Shown piece after piece: positions 37,414 through 49,880 of a stretch of 64,000 bases of DNA. A program made the position numbers and the translations under genes. The notes under the pieces are model-generated. The model ran no database searches. It saw only the letters and a list, made by a program, of their open reading frames with translations, and was not told the origin of the DNA. Every line of letters starts with the position of its first letter. Position 1 is the stretch's first letter. The DNA comes from Heteronotia binoei (lineage: Eukaryota): positions 73,160,001-73,224,000 of the forward strand of contig NC_083226.1 in NCBI RefSeq assembly GCF_032191835.1, given 5' to 3'.

Positions 37414-38766
37414 ATTGGGAGCTTGGTGAGGGATTTCTATTATAATACTATAGAGTCTGCCCCCTGAAGCTGCCATTTTCTCCAGGGTAACTGATCCACA
37501 TAGTCTGGAGATCAGTTGCAATTCCAGGAACCCTCATATGTTCATACTGAAATATGCAGAGGAAGCAGCTGGATCACTGAATATATGTGTTTTTAAAACC
37601 CTCTGTAAAAATGAGAATAAGATAATTACATGCCCTCTACCTTTCTTAATAATAAACTTGTTGGATCACACCAAACATTTCTGTAATCCACTGGCCAGCT
37701 AAAGGCCTTTGCAAATCCAATCAGCAGGGAATACAGGCAACAGCCACCCCAAACAGTCCCCCCCCCACAAAAAAACCCCTAGCATTCAAGATTATGTTGC
37801 CACCGAACATGGGGGTTCTATTTGGTCATTATAGGTAATGGCCACTCAGGGTTGAGAAGAAATGAATCAGGAAAGGGAGAGCACACAGAAGAATTAGATG
37901 GTGATGGGAAGGGAAGAGAAATGAAGGCCCACCAGGTTGGCTGATTAGTTTAGGAACAACTGTTTTCCTCAGCCTTGTAGTTAAAATGTTTCCAGTTCAG
38001 GAGAGTTTTCTTTAAAAATCACTACTTTAAAAAGGCAGCAAACCGCACCAGCCAGGAAGAGCATATGCCTATTTGCTCTGCTCTGCCTTGCCTGTGCCGT
38101 GACTGCAGTGCTGAATTTCACTAAAATACACCCATTTGATACAGGATGATTCTAGCTTCACTGGACCTTCAAGCTGACTTGAACCCCAGGAATTTTGTAT
38201 CCCCAGCAGCTCTGTGATTGACATGTTAAAATTCTGCTTCTCTTGTTATATATTGTAACAGCATGTATATTACTGAGGAATTTAAATATCGTTTGCCAGC
38301 CTGTACTGATGCATATTATGACAAATTTAAAATAAAAGTTTAAAACAATAACCAGGCTACATTCCAGAGTGACTGTGTAAATGAGAACTATCTGCCTAGT
38401 TCTCCCTTACTGCTTCCCTTAGTCCTTATGCATGTTGCTTAATGATTTATGTACTGTGTTTGTGTGTGTGTGTCCTGAGTGTCATTCTGCATTTATCATG
38501 ATGTACAGTTCAATAAAAATATGCTGCCTCAGTCTCAAATGTGGCATAATAGGAGGAGGAACAAGTTGCACTCTGAAAAAAGATCAGAAACTACACTGTT
38601 TTTATTCCAATTGGTACTGTTTGGGAAGGTAACAGAGCAAACAGATCAGAGAAAAACAAGTATAAAATATGATAGTTAAAAACAGGAAATTTTAACACAT
38701 GAAATCTTCTGAATAGAGAAGCTGAGAACGACAAAGAGTGCAAAATATTAACAAAAGGTGTATTAC

Positions 38767-38911
38767 CAGCTTGATTGACCAGAGGGTCCATTGTTGGAGG
38801 TTTGCCAAGACCTGCACGAAGTCCTGGCGTAGCGCTTGTTCCTGGGGTCGGCACATCGCTTCGTGGAGTTGGTGTGCTGGACTTCAGAACAGGTGTGCTG
38901 GCTTTTTCATG
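38767..38911 (-). CDS. TLE1: TLE1 exon 12-equivalent ([20 protein letters not shown]...DPLVNQA)
   Basis: 145 nt; acceptor ttctag, donor G|gtaata. Confidence 0.96.
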
Positions 38912-39901
38912 CTAGAAGCAAATTATTTATGTATTATTTTTTAAAGTATGCTGCTCCCAGAGATCCCTACCCAAGGAAGCTTTCAAAATAAAGCATAACA
39001 CATAATTGCTATATTTAAAATAAACTATAATACATAATTTATCACAAACACAAATGGACTGCAGGGTACTGAAAGTCTCCTCCCTTGCTCAAGTTTCAGA
39101 AAATTCAAGTAAAGTTTACAGAGTTTACCTTAAAGCAGGGCTTTATAAATACCAGGTGCCAGGTCAACATGGTGCCCAGAAATGCCATTGTAGTGTCATT
39201 TATTTTCAGCAGTTATTTTATTGTAGTGACTTGTTGGAGTCTTCAATAGTATGGAGCTTATTTATAATTTCACATCAAAATGTTTTGTTGTATTACATAA
39301 AAATGCATGTGCATGAAGTTCTTGTTATTGCTTCTTTATATGTTTAACTTTACACCATTCAGTGGAGACAGATGAATTACTGTAATAACATCATTTGTTT
39401 TCCTTACTATTCAATAAAAATCTTGCTCTATGCAACTTACATTTCAAACACACACGAACCACATATAAAAATCTTAAAAATACAATCAGAGATCCATGAG
39501 AAATTCATGAGGGTATTCCCTCACTGATCCTTGCTTTCTTCTCTAGTTTCTGAGTTGTTTGGGCTAGAAGGGAACCCATGGCTGGCTGTAGACTTTAATA
39601 GAAGAAATCATTTTAATGGAGGGAAAAAGCTGTTTAAACACCTTCTTCAAGCAGTGAATTTACCCAGAAGGCATTTAAAGGGATTGCAATCCCTTTAAAT
39701 GCCCTTTAACTTTGATTATCTGGCAGTTTCAAGAAACCCTGAATATTTTTGGGATTTGGGGGGCTTGGCCATCTTGGATAGCTGAAAAAAAAAAACCCCA
39801 AATCGTATTTTTCAATATATTTTTTTGCTCAGATATAGCCAAAGGCCCACCCCCTAGTTCACACACCTGAATAATCATCAATGTGTTCAGAAAATGCTTA
39901 C

Positions 39902-40054
39902 CAAACCTATTTCTTTGGATTTCATGGAAGCAGAACTTCCTGATGAAGCTGTGGATGCAGGACTGCTAGAAGCATCCTTCTTCAGTAGGCGACTTTTATC
40001 TATGCCATTCTCACGAGGTGAATGAGCAGGACTTGCTCTTGGAGATGAAGGGTC
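39902..40054 (-). CDS. TLE1: TLE1 exon 11-equivalent ([20 protein letters not shown]...SKEIGL)
   Basis: 153 nt; acceptor actcag, donor TTG|gtaagc. Confidence 0.96.
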
Positions 40055-41217
40055 CTGAGTGGATTGAAGAGAGACAACAGCAAAACTATTACTGACCTAT
40101 ATGAAGTATTGTTGTACAAGAATAAAAAATTATCAGTAATTTAAGGTGCACTAATGTAAATACTGGAATTTTTCATAATTTGTTCATTTCATTCAAGCTT
40201 AGCTACAACATTTATCACTTCTCAGCCTTATGGCTAAGATCAAATGTAGTAGATATGTCATTTATATGCAGCCCAGTGGATAAAGATAAAATATCCTTAG
40301 ATTGCATAGTAATTTGAGTAATGTAGAGGCAATAAAACTGGATTTCAGATTAATTTTCTCAATTAATCTAAACACTGCCTATATTAGGAACTAACAAATT
40401 GAACTTGATGACAAAACAACAGTAACAATAGGATACTGCCTCCTACCATTCATAACTTTCAGTTTCAGATTCAGATTGTTTATTGTTATGGTACATAACC
40501 AATAAAAACAATTTAAGAAGCCAATCCATTTAAATCCAATGTACAAAGTACTTGAACATTTAGGGTTGTTGTATTAGCACAAAAATATTCAAAAAAGGCT
40601 TTGCAAAACTTTAAAATATTCAAAAAAGATAAAAATGGTCTATCAGTTTTCAAATGGTTAAACATTACAGTAATCCATTATAGTAATCACTGCTGTCAGA
40701 AGTGCCCCAAATGAACCCAGCTTTCCAGCATCATGGAGCCATATACCCCCATTTTTTCCTGAAATATTCTCAACTTACACAAAGCCCATTAATCAAAGGC
40801 AGTTCAAGGAATGTAAGTGGATGACACCTCAGCACTACTGGTTCACCCCTCCCCTTAAAACCTTATATATTTTTGTTCTTCCTTCCCTTCATTGGCTAGC
40901 CTAGGTTATCACTTTTAACAAAGCAAATAACTGGTATGTTGTGGTAGAAGTATAGTAATTTATATATCTGTGGTGTGCAAAAAAAAATCCTCACACCCTT
41001 GCCCAGCTCCTCCAGTCCAAAGTAACAGGTACCCAGTAGGTTAAGTTAGTCTAACACAGGTATTCAACAGGAGACTGACAGTGGTATCCAGTGGGCTTCA
41101 ACGGGAGTAAATAAGATTGAACTGGCAATAACCCACAGCTTTTGGGGATATAGCTAAGAGCCATAACAGTAGAGTCTTCTTGCTCCAATTAAACCAATAC
41201 AAATACAAAGCAATTAC

Positions 41218-41271
41218 CTCATTGGATACATCAACAACTAAGTTGTCATCACTTTTGTCACCGTCACTGTC
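41218..41271 (-). CDS. TLE1: TLE1 exon 10-equivalent (DSDGDKSDDNLVVDVSNE; CcN domain)
   Basis: 54 nt; acceptor atctag, donor GAG|gtaatt. Confidence 0.96.
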
Positions 41272-41744
41272 CTAGATTAAACACAATGGTCAGTGCTATC
41301 AATAAGCTATTTATTGTATTTTAAAACACACATAAACAAATTAAGAGAAAAGGATTTTGAGTATTTACATCTGAGAATACATTTTCTTTGTCATTGCTAA
41401 AAACAAGAGTTGATCTTGCCACATAATATGTTGAAATATCAAAAACATAAATGTATTTGCAATTATTTAAAATCCAGTTTCTCTTCAACAGTTCTACTAA
41501 TATAATTAATGGAACTGCTTTGGAAAAGCATTCTAGAAAATAATTATGTATATAGATAGATGCTGGACCTTACACGCAAAGTCATTCATGCAAGACATAC
41601 AGAAACTTACAGCTTTCCTTGTTACAATCTAAAAATCTGAGAAGTTAACAACAGTAGGTGCAGTTGAAAACCTTTGAAAAATTACTTTGTTTCTGAAAGC
41701 AAGATGGAGATAGTCAGAATGTATTCACTCCCTGGAATATTCAT

Positions 41745-41964
41745 TCATTCATTCATCCATCCATCCATTTATTTACCCCAGCCTTCTCAACAGCTTACAA
41801 CATCACTCTCCCTTCCTCCATTTCATCCTCAATACAGCTTTGTGAGATAGGTGAGGATAGGAGAGAATGACTGGGCGAAGATCACTAGAAAATATTCATG
41901 GTAAAGCAGGGACTGGAACTCGTTTTGCCAGCTTCTAGTCTGATATTCAAACTGCTACACTACT
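41745..41964 (-). mobile_element. Old tRNA-SINE, head-to-head with the next SINE
   Basis: cagcttacaacatc..tgtgagataggtgagg..actgctacacta blocks; (ATTC)n-like tail. Confidence 0.55.
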
Positions 41965-41966
41965 TG

Positions 41967-42330
41967 AGAGTCAGTGTGCTGTAGAGGTTAGGATGTAAAG
42001 ACTAGAGTCCTTTCTACACTGCCCCGGGATATATGGATGCTATTTTTCTCAGGGTTTTCCTGCAAGGTAAATGAACACAAGTCAAACTCAGAGACAACCC
42101 AGTTGGAGGTCCAAGTGTAGAAAGGGCCTTCAATCCCTGAGACTCAGGTTTGAATCCTCACTTTGCCATGGAAGCTCACTGGGTGCCTTGTGCCAGTCAC
42201 ACACTCTCAGTTTAACCTAACTCGTACTGTTGTTGTGAGGATAATATGGAGAAATGGAGAAGGATGTATGTTGCTTTGGGGCCCCAATGGGGAGAAAGGC
42301 AGGGTATTAAATGAAGTAAATAAATAAATA
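41967..42330 (+). mobile_element. tRNA-SINE interrupted between box A and box B by a MITE
   Basis: gagagtcagtgtgctgtagagg head, ggtttgaatcctc box B at about 42147, (TAAA)n tail. Confidence 0.7.
42007..42127. mobile_element. 121-bp MITE (PIF/Harbinger-like TIR)
   Basis: GTCCTTTCTACACT / AGTGTAGAAAGGGC (13/14 inverted match). Confidence 0.6.
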
Positions 42331-43252
42331 CATGTGCATGATAATACTGGGTAATGATCTTCAGCTTATGTGCCTCCTTTCTTGCCATTCTCTGTACACA
42401 GACCAGAGCAGCCACATGACAGTGTAGAACCCTCATTTGACTGTATCCCCACAAAACAAATTACAATTTAATAATCTGAATAAATCTATAATCTTGAAAC
42501 CTGAGGCGTTTTCTCATTCAAAATATAATCTTTGTGTAATCAACAAATATAAATGTATGTACCAAGTAGACTAGCAGTTAGTCTAGTTTCTGTAGAAACA
42601 GAACATAGGCATACTCCACTGCCCAACAAGACTATCAACCAACAATTCGTATGGCAATCACAATCTGAGATGTTTGACAGAAAATATTCAAGTATTCATT
42701 TTACCATAGGAAGTGTTCCATTTCTAAAGATTCATTGTTTCATAAATTAGTAAGAATGAATGGATGCCATTTGCCAGGACAACATTAGTCAAGCTTGGCA
42801 GTTTCAAAGTTATAATTAATGTCTTTCAGGTGATTTTTCCCTAGTGATTGCGTCAGAGCATGCACACATGTTTTATTAATATGTAAACCAGGGTGGGGGG
42901 CGGACAAAATCACAAATATACATAATAATCCAAATTTTAAAAGTTTTTAAAACCACCACCCAAGCTAAAATTCTTATTTATGTTTCTCATCTCACATGAT
43001 GGAAGAGAAATTGTAATGACCAATCTAGCATGGTGGAACAAGTAATTCAAGTGATACAACAGAGAGTAACAATGAAGTTGAAGTGCTACAGTGAACTCAA
43101 AGGGTAAGAGTTACATTTTGTTGAAATAATTCAGTAGACTACTATGTCCTATTATACACAGTTCTTTGGGGTGTCTCAACAGTTTTCAATGCCTTTTTTC
43201 TTAATTATTAATTAGTAAAGGAAATACACTATCTGTCCAAGATGCCTTATCC

Positions 43253-43433
43253 CAGGGCCTTTTTTGTAGCAGGAACTCCTTTGCATATTAGGCCACACAC
43301 CCCGTTGTAGCCAATCCTTCAAGAGCTTACAGTAGGCCTTGTAATAACAGTCCTGTAAACTCTTCGAGGATTGGCTACATCAAGGGTGCGTGGTCTAATA
43401 TGCAAAGGAGTACCTGCAACAAAAAAAGGTCTG
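43253..43433. mobile_element. 181-bp palindromic hAT MITE
   Basis: Self-complementary; perfect TSD CCTTATCC; same family as 48642-48822. Confidence 0.9.
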
Positions 43434-43797
43434 CCTTATCCTACTGGTAGTATCAATATGCATGATCTGCTTTATGATATTTAGAACAAGGAAGTCAAAA
43501 GTTAGGACATAAAGCTGATTCCTACACAAGAACCTTGGGATTGTTCAGGGCTCCTGTTGGGCTTGCAACTTGGTAGCACTGACGCACGGCACAGTTACAT
43601 ATAGGAACCAGGAGGAGACAGGATAAAGGAGAGATCTGGAATTGTGAAGTACAGTCAAGTGACCCATAAGCATCATAAAAATGGCATGCTTAGTATTCAC
43701 ACTTGCATGTACTAAACATGAAAATTAAAAATGCATAATAATTTCTCCACATACACAATAATCTCAAAATAACAATAATTTCTGACACATTACTTAC

Positions 43798-43914
43798 ATA
43801 GTGGCTTGAATCCTTATCATCCACTTTCCTTTTTTTCATGTCACTGGAATAGTCAGGGCCATTCCTACGTTTATCTGTGCTCCGCAGGCTGTCCGGAACC
43901 AAGAGTGAATTACT
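43798..43914 (-). CDS. TLE1: TLE1 exon 9-equivalent (SNSLLVPDSLRSTDKRRNGPDYSSDMKKRKVDDKDSSHY; NLS)
   Basis: 117 nt; acceptor ttgcag, donor TAT|gtaagt. The peptide is diagnostic of TLE1 versus TLE3/4. Confidence 0.97.
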
Positions 43915-44338
43915 CTGCAAAGACAAAAGTAAGGTCAATAAACATGTCTTTTGAGAGTCCCTTTGTACAAATACCAAAGCCAGCATGCTTTGGGGGTTTT
44001 AAAGAAGTTTTTTTAAAGAAAACTATTTTTTCATTAATTGACTTGCTAACAGCAACTCAGGCCAGTGTAAACATTTTTTTTTAAATGAACTTAAAAGGCG
44101 AAATTCTCAGCATACTTATGAGGCAATGAAACTCACTGAATGCAGTCAGTTACTGCTGAGTAAACATACATAGGCTTAAACTATAAAACATTTAATATAA
44201 ATTGCAAATTAAAGTCAATTGTTTGAGAAAGATGTATGATACACAACAAACTGGTCTCTGAACTTTGAAAGGTTCAATAAAAATCTATACAAATGACAAA
44301 TTTTAAAAGTATAATGGTTATGGTTGGGTGGTTATAAG

Positions 44339-44480
44339 CAGGGGTCATTTTGTAGAAAAATAGGTGGTGAAGCTCATCCAGGGATTGTTGTGCACATACT
44401 ATTCAATGGAAAAGGAGGTGGAACTCTCAGAAAGGTTCAGGAGCTGCACTCCTGTGAGCTCCCACTGAATCCGAGGCTTG
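44339..44480 (+). mobile_element. 142-bp hAT MITE
   Basis: Perfect TSD GTTATAAG; homologous in reverse to 45677-45792. Confidence 0.8.
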
Positions 44481-45676
44481 GTTATAAGCATACAAACAAC
44501 ACAGAGAATTTGGTAAACATGGATGAAGCACTAATTTGTGTGCAAATATAAGATACATGCACAATTTTATTTATGAGTACATAAATAAATGCGAACTACA
44601 AAACATCATGTTCTAACTTTTAAAAACTGGCTGAGACTTTCAGCCTATGCAGTGTGTTTTAATCATGAACATAACTCTGTCTTAAAGGAAGACCCTATAA
44701 AAACAAGTCAACACTCACAAAGTTCAAGAACAAGGAATAATATTTTCCATGACCCATGGGCTACTTTTTAAAGAGTAATGCCGTTGATCCAAAGGCGGAA
44801 AGAGGCATTTGAGATTTTTTGGGTCACATGAAAATATGACATGCCAATTTTCTTCTCCCCTCCAGCTAAAGCATTAAACATGTCACAATGGTCTCTTTTA
44901 AATTCAGGATTAGCATAATGAAGAAAGCAATTTGTTCAATGGTGTGTTAATGCCATGAACAATGCTGAATGAAGGATGGGATGCAACACTCATGAAAGTT
45001 AATATTGCTAACCAAAGAGCTGCCCAATTAAAAAACAACTGAGCCTACAAGCTTTGTAGTAGTTTCTACATATATATTCTGAACTACATATATATTCTGA
45101 ACTACATATATATTCACAACACATAACAAAAGCAATATAAAGTTTCTTCATCACTCCGAAATCAGATTTTAAAGCAAGCTTTTATTTCTAACTATTCAGG
45201 CTCAAACACACACTAGGAATCTTATAAAAAGCATAGAGCATAATGAAATCTAGTACAAAGCGGTTTGCAATCATGTTTTCACTACTGCATTTTGTGTGCA
45301 AAGGCAAGTTTTGTCAAATTGCTGAACCAATTAGCTTAATATACAGATGAAGGATCTCTTTATTTTTTAAAAAATGTTAACTTGAATTAAAGAACCTTGA
45401 AAAGCTGCAGGAGAGAATTTAGGACCAATATTAAATTTCCTATTTTAAAATAACTTTTTCATATTGATTATACACATTTTACAAGAATTTGACAGCTCAA
45501 TTTTTAATGGTGTAACTTGAATTGGAAAGAATCTGGTTTCTAGAGATTCTTGGACCAGTAAATCATTCTAATAAGTTTCTAACAACCAATCTTAACAGAG
45601 ATTTAGAAGCTGGAATACTATGACAACAAATAAGATATTAAAGACCAGAAATGTTTTTAAGAGACTTACTAATTAT

Positions 45677-45792
45677 CAGGCCTCAGATTCAGTGGGAGTT
45701 CTGCAAGTTCCACCTCCTTGTCCAGTGAATAGTAAGTGCAGCTGCATAACAATCCCTGGGTGAGCTCCTATTTTTCTACAAAACCGCCCCTG
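45677..45792 (-). mobile_element. 116-bp hAT MITE, same family as 44339-44480, opposite orientation
   Basis: TSD CTAATTAT/CTCATTAT (7/8). Confidence 0.78.
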
Positions 45793-47070
45793 CTCATTAT
45801 TGCCTATCCCAACTAAGAAACAGTCCAAATACATGCATTTTAATAGCTCGTTCTGTCCTCACTCTGACTCTAACACACTCAGCCTCTCTAAGATATCCTG
45901 TTCAATTAAATTACTATACCAGTTCTCCTTTAGTCTCAGTTTTCCCCTGAAGTGCCATTTTTATTGCTTCCCTTAGATTCCAGTTCATGCTTCACCTATT
46001 CCACAAAGCCTCTGGATTTATCTTGTAGTCCCCCTCACAAACTAAAATCAAGCTAAACATGTGTAGTTGCATTTGTTTGCATTTACTTCTTATTACAAGT
46101 TCCCTACTGGTGTCTTCTTCCTCAGCAAGTTTGTGCAAACTCCTTGCAACAGGGATTTGCTTTTTGTTTGTATTACTCAGCACAGTATCATGAACCCCAA
46201 AGGTACTATATAAGCAACTACTGAAACATGCACATTGGACTTTGATTCACAGCAAGCAATCCCCCATATCCTAAGATTTATGTGCTATACAATGCAGTAC
46301 ACTAAGAAGAATGTTGGTAATTAAAACATCTTTAGAAAGTAGTCTTCTGACTAAAAGCGTATAAATAAGACAATGCAAAAAGCAATCCTGACTAGAGAGA
46401 AAATGAGAAAGATTTTGCTGGCAGAAGCCGATGGCAGCCAACTAACATCCAGGATCAGCTTTCTCCTCTCCACAGGTCTAACCCCCACCAAACATGTAGC
46501 TAGGAAATTTTAAGAGAGGAACTGGGGAAAGTGGTGGGGGGCTAAGGGGTCTCAAATGATGCCACAAAAAAATCCTGGCTGCCTGGCTGGCGTTGTTTTC
46601 GCCTGGGAGTTGCCAGAGTGGGCCTTGAAAAATGAAACTGGACTAGCCCCCACCAGATGCTCTTTGCTAGAGCAGGAAATTTTTCAGTTTCCTTTCCTTC
46701 TCTTCCTACTCAATGCCTCTCCCCCAGCCCTTCTGAAGAACTACAACTAACACCATGCACAGTGCTGCAGAGCTTCCATGTCCTTCTAGTCTTCTACATT
46801 GGCAGGCAGGGCTGTCCTCTTTGTGGGAAACTACAATTCCCATGAAGCCTCACAGCATGGCCAGGGCTTTTAAAGTTGCCTTAGTTCCTTCTGCTGAATA
46901 GGTAACAGCTGATTAAGAGGCAGACAATGACTGCAGTCAGTGCTGCTGATGCGGGAGCAAAGGCAGGTGAACTGGGAGATGAGTCAAGGGTGAGGCTAGG
47001 CAGGCAGGCAGGCAGGCCTTGGTCTGGCTGATTGGCAAGTGGCTCGGGGCCGCTGGCAGAGTGGCGGGAG

Positions 47071-47552
47071 TAAGGTTGCTAATCCCCAAGTGGGGGCAGG
47101 GGATCCCCCGGTTTGGAGGCCCTCCCCCCGCTTCAGGGTCATCAGAAAGTGAGGGGAGGGGAGGGAAATGTCTGCTGGGGACTGTTATTCCCTATGGAGA
47201 TTTATTCCCATAGAAAATCATGGATAATTGATCCGCGGGTATCTGGGGGGGGCTGTTTTTTGGGGTAGAGGCACCAAATTTTCAGTATAGCATCTAGTGC
47301 CTCTCCTCAAAATACCCCCCAAGTTTCAAAAAGATTGGACCACGAAGTCCAATTCTATGAACCTCAAAAGAAGGTGCACCTATCCTTCATTATTTCCTAT
47401 GGAAGGAAGGAATTGAAAAGGTGTGCCTTAAATGTGATGGCCAGAACTCCTTTTGGAGTTCAATTATGCTTGATCTTGGCTCCACCCCTAATGTCTCCTA
47501 GCTCCACCCCCAAAGTCCCCAGATATTTCTTGAACTGGACTTGGCAACCCTA
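47071..47552 (+). mobile_element. Blackjack-like hAT MITE
   Basis: TAAGGTTGCTAA/TTGGCAACCCTA; perfect TSD GGCGGGAG. Confidence 0.9.
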
Positions 47553-48641
47553 GGCGGGAGCAAGGCAATTTCCAGGGCACCCAGCAGCAGAAAATGAAAG
47601 GATGCACAGCAGGATGTGTGAGATGGTGAGTGGCTCATCCTCTGGGGGAGGGCAGGAGAGAGCCACAGCCAGGCTCTAGGGGACCCACCCACCAGCGAAA
47701 GTCAGGGGTGGTAAGTGGGAGAGCCAGGGCCCTGACCTTGGTGTTTACATGGTGGGGTTGGGGGATCCTGTTGGCCCCACAATGGGTACAGGCCTGACCC
47801 CCCCCCTCCCCACACACATGGATTTTTTGGCTCTTGAAAATGAGCATGAAGGGAACTAAAGGTAACCAGTCCTGCTGCGTTGTGGGCCCAATAAATATCA
47901 GGCTCTTGCAGCATTTTTAAATGGCCCTTGTTGAACTCTGAAATAGCTGTGGCATCCATAGGCTGGATCCATGGAAGTTATAAGATCAAATTGTGTCCAC
48001 AGTATGGGCAGAGGCATGAACTCTTGGCACGTGATGAAAGGAAAGTGTTAATGGGCTCTTGGCCTGTGACTTACAACCTGCAGTTTGCAAATATGCTTAT
48101 GTTGTCTTGTTCATTTAAATGGTTTCTGTAATTCTGAACTTCCTGTTAGGCACTTCGAGTTTCTTTGGAGAGAAAAGTGGCATAGGAATGAATAAATAAT
48201 TTGCTGAAATTTATTTCTTCATTTATACCACACTTTTCACACCAATGGGGACCCAAAGTGTTCTACAGTATTCTCTCCTTTTCCATTTAGTTCTACCTAT
48301 GTAATCTCTTTAATCCATAATTATTCTTAGAGAACTGAGTTAAATTTCAAAGCAGGCCTCTATGATGATATCAAGAATACATTCAGATGAGAGGTTACTG
48401 AAGTAAGTTATCCTTCATGCTGTTCACTGAATGCTTCCTGCTGACTCTGGAACTATCCGAAGTGTTGGAACAGATGGCACCATGTTCACACAGCTGGACT
48501 AGAGAATTGTCTCAGGATTCTGTGCTCCTTCCACTCTCCTTTCTGACTTCTTGGCTCATTAGACAAATGCTAAAGTAAAAGGAAGACGGAGGAGGAGAGG
48601 AGCTGTTGTCTGAGCAGTTCCCTTTCAGCAATACCAATTGT

Positions 48642-48822
48642 CAGGGCTTTTTTTGTAGCAGGAACTCCTTTGCATATTAGGCCACACACCCCTGAGGTAG
48701 CCAATCCTCTAAGAGCTTACAGGACTCCTAGTACAGGGCCTACTGTAAGCTTCAGGAGGATTGGCTACATCAGGGGTGTGCGGCCTAATATGCAAAGGAG
48801 TTCCTGCTACAAAAAAGCCCTG
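48642..48822. mobile_element. 181-bp palindromic hAT MITE
   Basis: CAGGGCTTTTTT...AAAAAAGCCCTG; TSD degenerate. Confidence 0.85.
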
Positions 48823-49261
48823 CCTATTAATCAGCCAGAGGCTGATTCATTCATCCTATTTATTGGTTAGTTCTCAATCAGTGTGATTGGCTCCAGCGGA
48901 GGGGTAGAGTTTTGGCCCAATAAATTTATTTAGAGTTCGTACAAGCAGAGCTCTGCTCTGATGCCAAAGTGTCTGGAACAAAGGAATACACATACGAGTT
49001 TTATCAGATGTGTGAATTCAGCACCGGGGGAAGAAGCCAGGGCACTAGATTCAGATGTTCTAAAAATGATAAGCAAATGTTCCATAAACAGATCTACATA
49101 AATAGGAAAATTATAAATTGGGAGAGAGTACAAAACCAATTATGAATGTAGATTGTCAAGAGGGGGTTGGGGGCTATCCAATGTATTGCACTGAGTGCAA
49201 CATTTCATGGGTGTGTGCTTTCACATTAACCTTTGGGGGGGGATAGGGAAAGTGCTTTGTT

Positions 49262-49522
49262 CCATAGAAAGTGTTCCATCCTCATAATCATTTTAGTAGC
49301 CCTTTTTTCTCATTTTCCAATGCTATATAATCTTTTCTGAGGTTCAGTGACCAGAACTGTATACAATATTCCAAATGAGGCCACATCACAGATTTATGCA
49401 GGGGCATTATGATACTGACTGAATTGTTTTCAACACCATCCTAATAATCCCCAGCATGGCATTCATCTTTTTTTATTGCAGTTGTATACTGAATCAACAT
49501 TTTCAGTGAGTTATCTACCATG
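49262..49522 (-). mobile_element. Old CR1 RT fragment
   Basis: Collinear with 12500-12760 in the same orientation. Confidence 0.75.
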
Positions 49523-49559
49523 GCTTCTCTCTTCTACTACCAGCTTGGACTCCATCAAT

Positions 49560-49880
49560 AAAGATGCCCCCCCCCTTAGTTAAAAGCCCGGGCAAACAGA
49601 AATATTTTGGCCTGGTGACTAACAAAGAATAGAACAGGTATCAGGGAAGACTCAAGGGGGCCATCATTCAAAAGGCAAGGTGCTGGGTGCCACCACCAAA
49701 AAGGCCTGTCTTTAGTCACCACCTGCCTCACCTGTGAAGTCACTGACACAAGAGAGCAGGGCTTCAGAAGATTTCCATTGGAGTGCCGGACAAGATGAGA
49801 GCTCAGTGTTATCCTTCAAGGCTAGTATGAAGGTTGGTGAAAGTATAGCCCTAAAATCATTAATACTGATGGCAGAATAT
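49560..49880 (-). mobile_element. Probable old L2 3' fragment
   Basis: gggtgccaccaccaaaaaggcc block resembles the L2 region at about 52100-52140. Confidence 0.4.
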
